NCBI RefSeq assembly: GCF_032444005.1
Contig: NC_091290.1
Span: forward strand, 139,252,001-139,316,000
Direction: 5' to 3'
Length of the DNA stretch: 64,000 nt
From: Ranitomeya imitator
Taxonomy: Eukaryota
Shown: in pieces, positions 21,929 to 34,900 of the stretch
Layout of the letters: every line of letters starts with the position of its first letter
Numbering within the stretch: the first letter of the stretch is position 1
Made by a program: the position numbers and the translations under genes
Notes under the pieces: model-generated
What the model was told of the DNA's origin: nothing
Databases searched by the model: none
What the model saw: the letters and a program-made list of their open reading frames with translations, nothing else

Positions 21929-23545
21929 CACTACCATAAAAATGTTTAGGGTCACCCAGACAATTTTGTGTTTTCCATGAAATCTCATACTTTTATTAAT
22001 CAAATGAGTTGCCAAAAGAATGCAAATTCTAGTCCAGACATTGACGAGGTTTGAAAAAAAGATTTTTATTTGAAATAATAATTTTCTCCTTGAAACTTTG
22101 CTTTCGTCAGAGAATGCTCCTTTGCAGCAATTCCAGCATTGCAGACCTTTGGCATTCTAGCAGTTAATTTGCGGAGGTAATCTGGAGACATTTCCCCCCA
22201 TGCTTCCAGAAGACCCTCCACAAGTTGGTTTGGCTTGATGGGCACTTTTTCTGCACCATACGGTCAAGCTGCTCCCACAACAGCTCAATGGGGTTGAGAT
22301 CTGGTGACAGCGCTGGCCGCTCCATTACAGATAGAATACCAGCTGCCGGCTTCTTACCTAAATAGATCTTGCATAATTTGGAGGTGTGCTTTGGGTCATT
22401 GTCCTGTTGTATGATGAAATTGGCTCCAATCAAGCGCTGTCCACAGGGTATGGCATGGCGTTGCACAATGGAGTGATAGCCTTCCTTATTCAAAATCCCT
22501 TTTACCTTGTACAAATCTCCCACTTTACCAGCACCAAAGCAACTCCAGCCCATCACATTACCTCCACCATGCTTGACAGATGGCGTGCACTCTTCCAGCA
22601 TCTTTCAGTTGTTCTGCGTCTCACAAATCTTCTTCTGTGTGATCCAAACACCTCAAACTTGGATTTGTCCGTCCATAACACTTTTTTTCAATCTTCCTCT
22701 GTCCAATGTCTGTGTTCTTTTGTCCATATTAATCTTTTCCTTTTATTAGCCAGTCTCAGATACGGCTTTTTCTTTGCCACTCTGCCCTGAAGGCCAGCAT
22801 CCCGGAGTCACCTCGTCACTGTAGACGTTGACACTGGCATTTTGCGTGTACTATTTAATGAAGTTGCCAGTTGAGAACCTGTGAGGCGTCGATTTCTCAA
22901 GCTACAGACTCTAATGTACTTGTCTTGTTGCTCAGTTGTGCAGCGCGGCCTCCCACTTCTCTTTCTACTCTGGTTAGAGCCTGTTTGTGCTCTCCTCTGA
23001 AGGGAGTAGTACACACCGTTGTAGGAAATCTTTGGTTTCTTGGCAATTTCTTGCATGGAATAGCCTTCATTTCTAAGAACAAGAATAGGCTGTCGAGTTT
23101 CACATGAAAGTTCTTTTTTTTCTGGCCATTTTGAGAGTTTAATGGAACCAACAAATGTAATGCTCCAGGTTCTCAACTAGCTCAAAGGAAGGTCAGGTTT
23201 ATAGGTTCTCTCATCAGCCAAACTGTTTTCAGCTGTGCTAACATACTTGCATAAGGGTTTTCAAGGGTATTCTAACCATCCATTAGCCTTCTTACACAGT
23301 TAGTAAACACAAAGTACCATAAGAACACTGGAGTGATGGTTGTTGGAAATTTGCCTCTATACACCTATGAAGATATTGCATTACAAACCAGACGTTTTCA
23401 GGTAGAATAGTCATTTACCACATTAACAATGTATAAAGTGTATTTCTGAATCATTTAATGTTAGCTTTATTGGAAGGAAAAAACTGTGCTTTTCTTTCAA
23501 AACTAAGGAAATATGTAAGTGACCCTAAACTTTTGAACAGTAATG
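21929..23545 (-). mobile_element. Tc1-family transposon, full-length but decayed (1.6 kb)
   Basis: Imperfect TIRs (...AAAAATGTTTAGGGTCAC / GTGACCCTAAACTTTTGAAC...), TA on both sides. Transposase fragments MARKKELSCETRQ, QQDNDPKHTS, SPDLNPIE. Confidence 0.9.
22164..23129 (-). pseudogene. Tc1 DD34E transposase pseudogene
   Basis: ORFs 22808-23176 (HTH) and 22164-22601 (DDE) are in different frames. Confidence 0.85.
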
Positions 23546-23842
23546 TATGTATTGTACACACTTTAAGGGGTAGTAGCTTAAGGCTCCCATATGCATCAGA
23601 TAGGACTCATCGATCCAGGAAAGATACAATGTGTATGGGGGCCTCTGAAGAATTATATTGGGGGCATAGGGATCAGCATGTTGGAATTCAAGCACCAGAT
23701 CCTTTCATTTCGCAGAGGGATGAGCCTTTGGCAGGGGGTCTGACAGCGTCTCTCTCATAGAGAACACAGGAGCGCTTATGAAGTTTACTCTTGTGTAGTC
23801 CAATTAGTAGACAGGATTAGAAATCAGTCCAGTTGTTTTTAA

Positions 23843-24205
23843 TGGGAATCTGTCAGCAGGTTTTGCAACATGATGTAGGGACTGTGACCCTGATTCCAGT
23901 GATGTATCAGTTAGTTTAATGGGTGCAGCAGTTGTGATACAATCACAGTTTTTTTCTGCTGAGATCTAGCAGAGCTCTAATGCTGAGCTGTGTATAACCC
24001 CGCCTACATCACTGATTGGCTGCTTTCAGCTAATCAGTACTCTGGGTGTGGTTAGACCAGGAGGCTTGAGACAGCTAGTCCTGTAGTGATAATCTGCTGC
24101 TGATAAAACACTGATTTTATTGAAACAGTAAGTGACACATCACTGGAATCAGGATCTCATGGTGTTCTCAGATTACATAACAAAAACCTGGTGATAGATT
24201 CCCTT
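23843..24205. mobile_element. T2/TTAA-type MITE
   Basis: TTAA-TGGGAATCTGTCAGCAGGTTTTG ... CAAAAACCTGGTGATAGATTCCCT-TTTAA, plus an internal inverted repeat. Confidence 0.7.
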
Positions 24206-25458
24206 TTAACCAGTTGATAGCCTAAGGGCTGGTGGCTTGTTCACATGCTGCGTGTTTTTGCTGCAATTTTTTTTAAATTGATCCTACAGTCTGCTCTGGA
24301 TCTAGAGTGCTATAAAACTGCAGGACCGTCCAGGATTTCAAACACATGGCTGCCTTTTTCCCAAAACAGTGCCACCACTGTCTACAGGAAGCATGTGGTA
24401 TTGCAACTTGGTCACCCATTACTGGAGCTAAACTGCAATACTTAGAACACACCATAAACAAGAGGTGGCGCTATTTTGGCGAGAAAGTAGCCATGTTTTT
24501 CCTATTTCTATCAGTTGGAGTAGTCATTGACGGCTATGTGATCATTATTCTCGTAAGGACTGCCAGTGCCAGATATAGTAGGTGCGCACACATATATACC
24601 AGTAGTTGTCGGCACAGGCGGCTTTAGCTAATGTGTGGCTAATAATACGGTGCTGCAGAAATGTTGATGCTTTAAAAATCTATAATCACTATACTAAAGA
24701 GAAGCTTGCAAACTCCAGGAATAAAAGCAGCATAATAAAGCGATGAGAATAAATTGGGGTAAATACCTCTGGATTTGGCGCAGACAGCCTTACAAATTCC
24801 GGTGACACAATAGGCGGCTCTGCGGGATGTGAATAATGACGTTATTTGTGTTTCTTGCTCACAAACAGAATCAAATAATAATTACACATTATTCAATCTA
24901 ATCAGCCGGCGGTGCGGACGACACATCTCTTATTATGATGGAAATACTGCGCGGCTGTAACGGGCCGCGGCGATCAGATACTTTCCCAAAGTTAATGTGT
25001 TATTACAGCCATTAGGAAACATTAGTAACAAAGGAATATCCACTCTAATGTCAGCGCCGCTCCTCTCCTCATCAATGTATTATAATCCCTTCATCTCTGT
25101 GATCCCACACATAAAACATAATCCCCGTCACATCAATCCTTCATCAAACCTATAGAGACCCTGAGTGAATGGACAGGTAGGAAAAGCAAAATCCCGTAAC
25201 TTTTCACAGAAAGAAAAAAATCATTAGTTAACAATTATTAACAACACTTCCCAGTTAAAATCTAAAAGAGTAGAAACAATTATTAAATCTTTACTATATT
25301 TTTACGTACAATACGAAGGCTGAGGGTTCTTTTAAAAGAAAAGCAGAACATTGTGGTAGATCCAATGTTGTTATACTTAGTATTGGAGTAGCCATAAAGT
25401 TACACAACTATGTATATAACTGGAGAAAACAACATAAACATATGTGGGACAAAATTCT

Positions 25459-27256
25459 CAATAATACTGCCCCTATGTACAAGAATATAACTACTATAAT
25501 ACTGCCCCTATGTACAAGAATGTAACTACTATAATACTGCCACTATGTACAAGAATATAACTACTATAATACTGCTCCCTATGTACAAGAATATAGCTAC
25601 TATAATACTGTCCCTATGTACAAGAATATAGCTACTATAATACTGCCCTATGTACAAGAATATAACTACTATAATACTGCCCCTATGTACAAGAATGTAA
25701 CTACTATAATACTGCCACTATGTACAAGAATATAACTACTATAATACTGCTCCTATGTGTAAGAATATAACTACTATAATACTGTCCCTATGTACAAGAA
25801 TATAGCTACTATAATACTGCCCTATGTACAAGAATATAACTACTATAATACTGCTCCTATGTACAAGAATATAACTACTATAATACTGCCCCTATGTACA
25901 AGAATATAACTACTATAATACTGCCCTATGTACAAGAATATAACTACTATAATACTGCCCCTATGTACAAGAATATAACTGCTATAATACTGCCCCTATG
26001 CACAAGAACATAACTACTATTACACTGCCGCTATGTACAAGAATATAGCTACTATAATACTGCCCCTATGTACAAGAATATAACTACTATAATACTGCCC
26101 CTATGTACAGGAATATAACTACTATAATACTGCTCCTAAGTACAAGAATATAACTACTATAATACTGTCCCCTATGTACAAGAATATAACTACTATAATA
26201 CTGCCCCTATGTACAAGAATATAACTACTATAATACTATCCCTATGTACAAGAATATAACTACTATAATACTGCCCCTATGTACAAGAATATAACTACTA
26301 TAATACTGCTCCTATGTACAAGAATATAACTACTATAATACTGCCCTATGTACAAGAATATAACTACTATAATACTGCCCCTATGTACAAGAATATAACT
26401 ACTATAATACTGCCCCTATGTACAAGAATATAACTACTATAATACTGCCCCTATGTACAAGAATATAACTACTATAATACTGCCCCTATGTACAGGAAAA
26501 TAACTACTATAATACTGCTCTTAAGTACAAGAATATAACTACTATAATACTGTCCCCTATGTACAAGAATATAACTACTATAATACTGCCCCTATGTACA
26601 AGAATATAACTACTATAATACTGCCCCTATGTACAAGAATATAACTACTATAATACTGCTCCTATGTACAAGAATATAACTACTATAATACTGCCCTATG
26701 TACAAGAATATAACTACTATAATACTGTCCCTATGTACAAGAATATAACTACTATAATACTGCCCCTATGTACAAGAATATAACTACTATAATACTGCTC
26801 CTATGTATAAGAATATAACTACTATAATACTGCCTCTATGTACAAGAATAAAACTACTATTACACTGCCCCTATGTACAAGAATATAACTACTATAATAC
26901 TGCTCCTATGTACAAGAATATAGCTACTATAATACTTCCCTATGCACAAGAATATAACTACTATAATACTGCCCTATGTACAAGAATATAACTACTATAA
27001 TACTGTCCCTATGTACAAGAATATAACTACTATAATACTGCTCCTATGTACAAGAATATAACTACTATAATACTGTTCCTATATACAAGAATATAACTAC
27101 TATAATACTGCCCCCTATGTACAAGAATATAACTACTATAATACTGCCCCTATGGACAAGAATATAACTACTATAATACTGCCCCTATGTACAAGAATAT
27201 AACTACTATAGTACTGCCCCTATGTACAAGAATATAACTACTATAATACTGCCCCT
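25459..27256. repeat. ~35-bp minisatellite TATGTACAAGAATATAACTACTATAATACTGCCCC (~50 copies)
   Basis: Direct inspection. Confidence 0.95.
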
Positions 27257-28074
27257 CGGAACATGGGTCTAAATGGTTAGGGCAATTTCCATGTCTGTTG
27301 CTCCATATAGTTACCTTTACATCATGTAACGTACATTCTACAGTAGATGTCGTTTATTTTCCTTTGTCATTTTCTTGGATTTCTTTGCAGGTTTTATTAT
27401 AGAATGTGCTACTGAACATGAATGGGGCTACTAATTGTCCGTGTTGCCAGGAGCAGGGACCACGGTGCAGGCTCACAGTACTGGGGGCGAATTGATTCTG
27501 GAGTCTAATGAATTGAATGTGCTCCTGGTTCCCCGGCTATGTACTTAGTTATAAGAGCACAGCTGGGTCCCCACCATAATTATCTTGAGGATTTGTTTTT
27601 TTGATGTCTTGTCTGGAGCCATCATCCCTCCATCAGTCAAGTGTAATCTTAACAAATGGTCTGAACATTGAAAAGACACATAGTCACAACTTATAGACTC
27701 GCAGCCTGTGATCGGCGCCCTGCCTTGGCTGTGTTTTGCACGGTGGTTGATATTTGCAGCTGGGGATCAGTGAACCTTTTGGGTTATTAATCTACAGGCT
27801 AATTTGTCAATGCCGACACTTAGGGAAGTCACAGCTCGTTATAGTCTCTTTCATTGAATGCAATCCTCAATCATTCCTTAGGTCTGCAGAGCTTTAGGAG
27901 ATGGGGTTCAGGAAAATCAGGGTGGGAAAAATAAGGAATAATGCCTATAATTTATTATTAGTGTTCTGGATTTTACATACACTATATGGAGAAAAGTATG
28001 TGCCCCTCCAGGAGCTTTCCTGTCCTCCTATCCTACATCCACAGTAATATGGAGTCACCAGTAATGTCCATCCA

Positions 28075-28130
28075 GTTATAGGCTGAACTGGATGGACAAA
28101 TGTCTTTTTTCGGCCTTACTAACTATGTTA
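28075..28130 (+). mobile_element. CR1-type LINE 3' tail
   Basis: GGCTGAACTGGATGGACAAATGTCTTTTTTCGGCCTTACTAACTATGTTA; the tail repeat resumes at 28972-28983. Confidence 0.65.
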
Positions 28131-28971
28131 GGCTGGTTTCACACTTGCGTTTTTATCTGCAACGTTTGTACCGCAAAAAAGCGCATGCGTTTTTTCCCCT
28201 ATGTTTAACATTAAAAACGCATGCGTTTTTTTATACGCGTTTGGTCGCATTTTTTAACGCATGCGTTTTTTTGCTGCATGCGTTCTTTGGCAGAAATGCA
28301 ACATGTAGTAATTTTCAGAGGCGTTTTTTTTACGCAAAAAAAGCATGCGTTCGTATGTGTTTTTTTGCGGCAAAAAATGCAAAAGAGTCAATGGAAACGC
28401 ATGCGTTTTTAAGCACATGCGTTTGGTTGCGATAAAAACGCATGCGTTTTTATAGAAGAAAAAAAACAGAAAACACACTGATATGCCACCCCCCACCATA
28501 AAGGTGATAAAGGGATCCTAACCCTAACCCTAACCCTAAAGGGATCCTAACCCTAACCCTAAAGGGATCCTACCCCTACCCCTACCCCTGACCCTACCCC
28601 TAACCCTAACCCTAACCCTAGGGATCCTAACCCTAACCTCACCCCTACCCCTAACCCTAAGGGTTAGGGTTAGGATCCCTTTAGGGTTAGGGTTAGGATC
28701 CCTACCCCTAACCCTAGCTATTTCTGTTTCTAGTGGGATTTTTACTTGATTTTGATGATTGGCAGCTGTCACACACTTCTCATCATGCGTTTAAAAAACG
28801 CAAACGCATGAAAAAACGCATGTAAACGCGTCAAAACACCACGTTTTTCTCATCACATCCAAAAACGCATGCGTCTAAAAACCGTAGCGTTTGCACGCGT
28901 TTACATGCGTTTTTCCACCATGCATTTTTTTTTAAACGCATGCGTTTTAAAACGCAAGTGTGAAACCAGCC
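28131..28971. mobile_element. PIF/Harbinger-type MITE carrying telomere-like repeats
   Basis: TIR GGCTGGTTTCACACTTGCGTTT / AAACGCAAGTGTGAAACCAGCC; TTA TSD on both sides. Confidence 0.9.
28516..28715. repeat. Interstitial (CCCTAA)n/(TTAGGG)n-like array in both orientations
   Basis: CCCTAA/CCCTAC runs and TTAGGG runs joined at GGGATCC palindromes. Confidence 0.9.
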
Positions 28972-30452
28972 TTACTATGTTACCTCTCTGCGGATGTGAA
29001 AACTTCCTTTCTTCTGGGAAGGGTTTTTACATTTTGGAGGCATTTGTGGGAATTTTTGCATCTTCGCCCACAAGAGCATTTGTGAGGTCAGACGCTGATG
29101 TTATGGGTTCACAATCTCCATTATTGGCATTGGATGTGGTTGAGGTCCAGACTCTGTTGGACCGCTCATGTTCCTTCCCCAAACCATGTCTATATGGACC
29201 TTGTGCACTGGGAGCAGTCATACATATATCCCTCCAGCACTCTATGGGTTAAGGGCATTGACTGCTCCAGAACATAACTTCTTGTCATTGTATATGGCAA
29301 TGGATGCAGCAATAGTCCCTTTAATAGTCCCTTTAATTACATCCCATTTTGCAGCCTTCACTGAGGATAAAGGAGCACATCCGCGTTATTAGTCCCAACT
29401 TGCAGCCGGATAAGAAGAAGTTCAGAGAGATAAAGTCATTGTCCCCAAGTGAATTGTAGGGAGTGTCAAGAAATCGAGTCCCTTCATTTCTCCGACCATT
29501 GGTCACCGACCCATTAAACTGCACGGCGAACAGAAGTGCGAGACGCTCCGTGAATCTTATTGAAAAGGCGTCTTTGTTCAGGTAATAACGAGGGGAGGTA
29601 AAAGGAGGCGACACTTTTATTTCTTGTGAAAACTAATTGGAAAGTCCAGGACTTCATTTTCTATTTACTTTGATAAAATTGGCGCAGTTAATCAAAAGTT
29701 TAGAAAACTCTCTGCAACTTTTCTTAGTCTGTTTTATGCTTACTTCTCCTGCCTTTTATTCTTCGTAAGGAAGAAAAAGTGAATGAATTGTATTTAGTTT
29801 TTTTTTCTTGACCCTGAAAGAATACGGACCCTTACAAGGACATTTTTTTTATTTAAATGATTGTATTTTGGGATCAAATACATTTTTGCAAATGAGTTTC
29901 AGTAAAATTTACAATTGTAAAATTAAAGGACTTTTCTCGATGTGCATCTTTATTAATTTTGTCTACGGGGTTAGTAATGGGGGTGTCTGATAGAAGTATA
30001 TCCATTATTAACCACTGGGTTTGATGTTATCAGACATAAAACAATTTACATTAACCCCAAAACTATTGCCAACGCACCAGGGCAAGAGAGAAGAGCCTAG
30101 GCTAAGCTCCAGAATAGACACATCTAATGGAAGCACAATTTCTGGGAGAGATGAGGGCCGTTTTTCTTAGTCTGAGAGGGGGCCAATATCTATGGCCCCT
30201 TCCTAGCCTATTAACAGCTTGCAGCTGTCTGTTTAGCCTTTGCTGGCTATTAAAAATAGAGAGGACCCTGCATCACTTTTTTTCTTTTGGTCCCCCTTTT
30301 AGTAATCAGTAAAGGCTACACAGACAGACGTGAGCTGTTATCAAAAGGCTGGGAACCTTTATGGTTCTTGGCCCCTTTCTAGAATAGTAACAACTGCCCC
30401 CCAGCTGTCTGTCTGCTTTCCCTCAGCTGGTTAGGAAAAATAAGGGGGACCC

Positions 30453-31251
30453 TGTTGTGAATTCTGTTGTCGGGCTCCCTCCTGTGGTCATGAATGGTAC
30501 TTCGGCTGGTTCTGTCCATGGACTTCCTCTGGTGGGTGTTTCTGAGTTTCACAGGTGACGAGGTTAATTCGTTAGCTGCTGCTCTATTTAACTCCACTTA
30601 GATCTTTGCTCCAGGCCACCTGTCAATGTTCCAGTATTGGTCTAGTTCACTCCTGGATCGTTCTTGTGACCTGTCTTCCCATCAGAAGCTAAGTTCCAGC
30701 TTGTATTTCTTTGGTTTGCTATTTTTCTGTCCAGCTTGCTATTTAATTTGTTGTCTTGCTTGCTGGAAGCTCTGGGACGCAGAGGGAGCGCCTCCGCACC
30801 GTGAGTCGGTGCGGAGGGTCTTTTTGCGCCCTCTGCGTGGTCTTTTTGTAGGTTTTTGTGCTGACCGCAAAGTAACCTTTCCTATCCTCGGTCTGTTCAG
30901 TAAGTCGGGCCTCACTTTGCTAAATCTATTTCATCTCTGTGTTTGTATTTTTATCTTACTCACAGTCATTATATGTGGGGGGCTGCCTTTTCCTTTGGGG
31001 AATTTCTCTGAGGCAAGGTAGGCTTTATTTTTCTATCTTCAGGGCTAGCTAGTTTCTTAGGCTGTGCCGAGTTGCATAGGGAGCGTTAGGCGCAATCCAC
31101 GGCTATTTCTAGTGTGTTTGATAGGTTTAGGGATTGCGGTCAGCAGAGTTCCCACGTTCCAGAGCTCGTCCTTATTATCAGTAACTATCAGGTCATTCCG
31201 TGTGCTCTTAACCACCAGGTCCATTATTGTCCTGACCACCAGGTCATAACA
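30453..31251 (+). mobile_element. Solo LTR related to element A (799 bp)
   Basis: TGTTGTGAAT...TCATAACA; collinear with the A LTR; flanks GACCC / GAACC (5-bp TSD with 1 mismatch). Confidence 0.92.
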
Positions 31252-31859
31252 GAACCCCACCCCATTTAAAAAAAAAATGATTTATTTAATACACATGATA
31301 CACAGATGGCGAGTGCTGACTACAACTGTCATCAGCGTCGCCTGGTTTTGCTGATCGCAACAAGACCAGGCGACAATGCTGAGAGTTGTAGTTGGCGCTA
31401 TTCCCAGGCGGCGTGTGCTGATTACAACTTTCATCGTTTGGTCTCACTGATCGCAATACATCAAAAACGTTACGTGTGAACAAACCCTATGATTTTGATC
31501 CTCAGAAGGAGTACATTTCAGCATCTAGTGGATGAGCCTCAAGATAAACTGGATATCTTCTCTGACAAGAGAAGGAATATTCTATGTGTTCCTAATTAGC
31601 AAACTTCGTCAACCTGTTACATTTCATGGTGCTTTAATCCTGTTACATTTCCCGTCTTATATCGGAGCTGCAGTAACCTGCTGAAATGTATAATTGATGT
31701 TAAAGTCTTTTTTTATAACACCAGTTAATTAATCCCATCCAAGCTACGGGAATGGAAATAAGACATAAAATTGATCTTCTCTGTGATGTGTCAGGTGAGC
31801 CGGGTACGGTGCCTCTCCAAAATATCACCATCCAATCAAACTGTAGCTGTGTGATCATT

Positions 31860-32570
31860 GCTGACAAATACATATGCAGCTTCTGGCAGGGGTGTACTAA
31901 CCCTCAATAAAAAAAATGTTGAAAACTTATTAGGAAACTACCAAAAAAATTATATGAAGGAAAAAAGATCCCGGCGTTTTGGTCTTGAAAAATGTGCCAC
32001 CTTAAAAAGACGTTGTGTGTATAAATCCCTAGGCTGTGAGCATCATTCCATGCTCCCATCGGCGTGCCCGCGACATGATCACGGGGTCCTGATGCATTGC
32101 CATGAACACTGAGGATTTGCTGAAGACAACTGTGCCTGTCCTCATGATCCTCCTGTGAACGCCGGCCCGTGGCCGCCGTTCATATAAGACTGTGATTTTT
32201 GCTGTACATAGCAATGTTGAAGCCCCGCTACGTAAAGCACAAGCGATCAGATGATCTCAGCTTCAAGTCCCCAAAGGGGACTAACAAATACAGTTAAAAG
32301 TAAAAAAGTTTTAAAAAATATGAAAGAATAAAAAATATATAAAAGTTAAAATCATAAAAAAGAAAACAATAAATATATAAAATATGCAAATATTTGGTAT
32401 TGCTTTGTTCATAAAAGCCCAATCAAAATCTAAAAGAAATCCGGTAAATGGCGTTACGAGAAAAAAAATAAAAATGGCAGAATTACGTTTTTTTGGCAAT
32501 AAAATGCAATAACAGGAGATCAAAACATCGTATCTGTCTCAAAATAATATTAATCAAAATGTCAGCTATG
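31860..32570. mobile_element. Degenerate fragment resembling the subterminal region of the piggyBac-like elements
   Basis: Weak resemblance to 49400-50300 by eye. Confidence 0.35.
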
Positions 32571-33180
32571 GGCGCACTGGGGTCCATGGGACAGGAGGTG
32601 TCCTAACTAAATGTATCCAATCAGCGGATTTCTTAAATATTTACAAATATTTATTTGCGGCTTCCTCCGCACATATAGTTTGGGTCAATGGGCGCTGTCT
32701 GTTATCAACTTGAGAAAAACATATTCTTTCTCTCTGATTTATTGATTTTTGCCATTCTTGATCCCGCAGATCAATGGACCTGCAAATGTAATTATGACAA
32801 TTTATAGATAATCAATACAGAAGACTATGCATGAATGTGCCCGTCACGAAAAGGAGAGGAAAGGTTCCTATGAGCTTGGATGTGAGTGTCTAGTGGAACG
32901 TGTAAGGAAGGAGCAGAGACCACTGTGAAATCTGCTTTAATATTACATGTATGCATTAATTCTTATTGCAAAAAATTGCTGAAATGCAAAAGTGAATACA
33001 TTTTCCCTTCAGTATATGTGCAGCAATTATCAGATTGTCGTCTTTTCGCACTAGTGATTTAGTCGCTTGTAGTTTATAAACATTCTGTCCCAAGTGTAAG
33101 AGAATTCAGTTCTTGGGCGTTGACTTTCTGCTGAGCTTGTGGTTCCACACAGAGACCAATCAGAAACTGTATTTTATTAA

Positions 33181-33648
33181 AGGGGCTGTCTACTACTTGG
33201 ATAACCCTTCCTCAATCACTATGTTTTCCCTGCCCTGGTAAAATATTAACACCTATACTCATCTCCTGTGCCGGCGTTATTCCAGCAGTGTCAGCATTCG
33301 CTCTCCCAGGGCTCACTTGACATTACATTGTTATGTCACGCAATCCCTGAGGCCATTCAGCGCTGTCTTCATTCTCCTCTCCTTCGAACATAATTGACAC
33401 CTGAAGGGAGTGAAAGCTGCTGTTCTTTCGCTTCCTCTTGATGTCTTGATTTGTTCTAGGAAGAGGAGAGTGAATCCAGCACCACTGGCCTCAGGGATCG
33501 CCTGACATAATGTCACATGAGCCCCGGGAGAGTTAGTGCAGACACTGCTGGAAAGACGCTGGCACCCGAGGGGAGCATAAGTTATTATATTTTACTATGG
33601 GGAAACAAAGGAATTCAGAAGGGAGGTAATGAGTAGTGGACAACCTTG
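33181..33648. mobile_element. T2/TTAA-type MITE
   Basis: TTAA-AGGGGCTGTCTACTACT ... AGTAGTGGACAACCTTG-TTAA. Confidence 0.6.
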
Positions 33649-34383
33649 TTAACAGCTGATGTATAAAAATGAAAGTCGGAAGGATGTAAAAACGGACATG
33701 GGGACGAAAATTGGACGATTTTTCCATAAGATATATCCGCCCCTGTACAGCCCCTTCTGAGGACACAATGATGCTTATCTACACACGATAAATGGCTCCT
33801 GCCATATCGCGCTCGCTGCCGACTGCAGGTGTAGGAATGGGCCCTCGGAGAGAAAAAATCCTTCCTCTGAATGAATAAATTCTGGACCTGCAAGATCACA
33901 GCCATTTCCTTGCCCTTGTGATAAGTAATGGTGCCAGCACTGCAGCTATGAATATCTTCCTGCAAGTGGGCCTGAGGGGGCCTTGTGTATTAGTGCGCTG
34001 ACTATGCTGCCATTATTGCACTCCTTGAAAGTAGCTAAAAGATGGCAGTAAATGGTTCCTGCAGTATGACAGGAGTTTTTCCGCAGCACTTTGGAAGATA
34101 ATTGCAGTAGTTGCCGGTGCGATCCCATCCTCCAGGAGAAGTGCTGCGCCGTTACATTTTACAACTTCTTATACAAGTTTAGGGGTTTTATTCTGTATTA
34201 TTAATCCAGACCTAAAGTGCATCTGTCTGGGAGATGTCAGAAACATATCAAAAATCGCACGGTGTCCCAGGAGAACCCTGATGTCAACAGGCAGAACTGA
34301 GACAAGGCATTTAGGACGCCAGGAAGATGGCACGTAAACAATTGGGATCCAAAGCAAAGAATATGGATTGTTAGCGTCATTGT

Positions 34384-34900
34384 ATGTCATCATCCTGTAC
34401 CCCGAGTGTTAGTGTCATCATCATCATCCTGTACCCCAAGTGTCAGAGTCATCATCCTGTACCCCAAGTGTCAGAGTCATCATCCTGAACCCCAAATGTC
34501 AGTGTCCTTATCCTGTACCCAAAGTGTCAGTGTCATCATCCTGTACCCAAAGTGTCAGAGTCATCATCTTGTACCCCAAGTGTCAGTGTCATCATCCTGT
34601 ACCCCAAGTGTCAGTGTCATCATCCTGTACACCAAGTGTCATTATCCTGTACCCCCCAAGTGTCAGTGTCATCATCCTGTACCACAAGTGTCAGAGTCAT
34701 CATCATCATCCTGTACCCCAAGTGTCAGTGTCATTATCCTGTCAGTGTCATCATCCTGTACCTCAAGTATCAGTGTCACAAACCTGTACCCCAAGTGTCA
34801 GTGTTATTATTCTGTACGATGAGTGTCAGTGTCTTCATCGTGTACGTTAATTGTCAGTGTCATAATCCTGCACCCCAAGTATCAGTGTCATTGTCCTCTA
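34384..34900. repeat. ~28-bp minisatellite GTGTCAGTGTCATCATCCTGTACCCCAA
   Basis: Direct inspection. Confidence 0.9.

Noticed and set aside
25459-27256. CRISPR-like regular ~35-bp repeat
   Set aside because: No unique spacers and no cas genes; eukaryotic context.
27350-27440. Strong splice-acceptor-like polypyrimidine-CAG at 27390
   Set aside because: All three downstream frames stop within ~45 nt and no partner exon was found.
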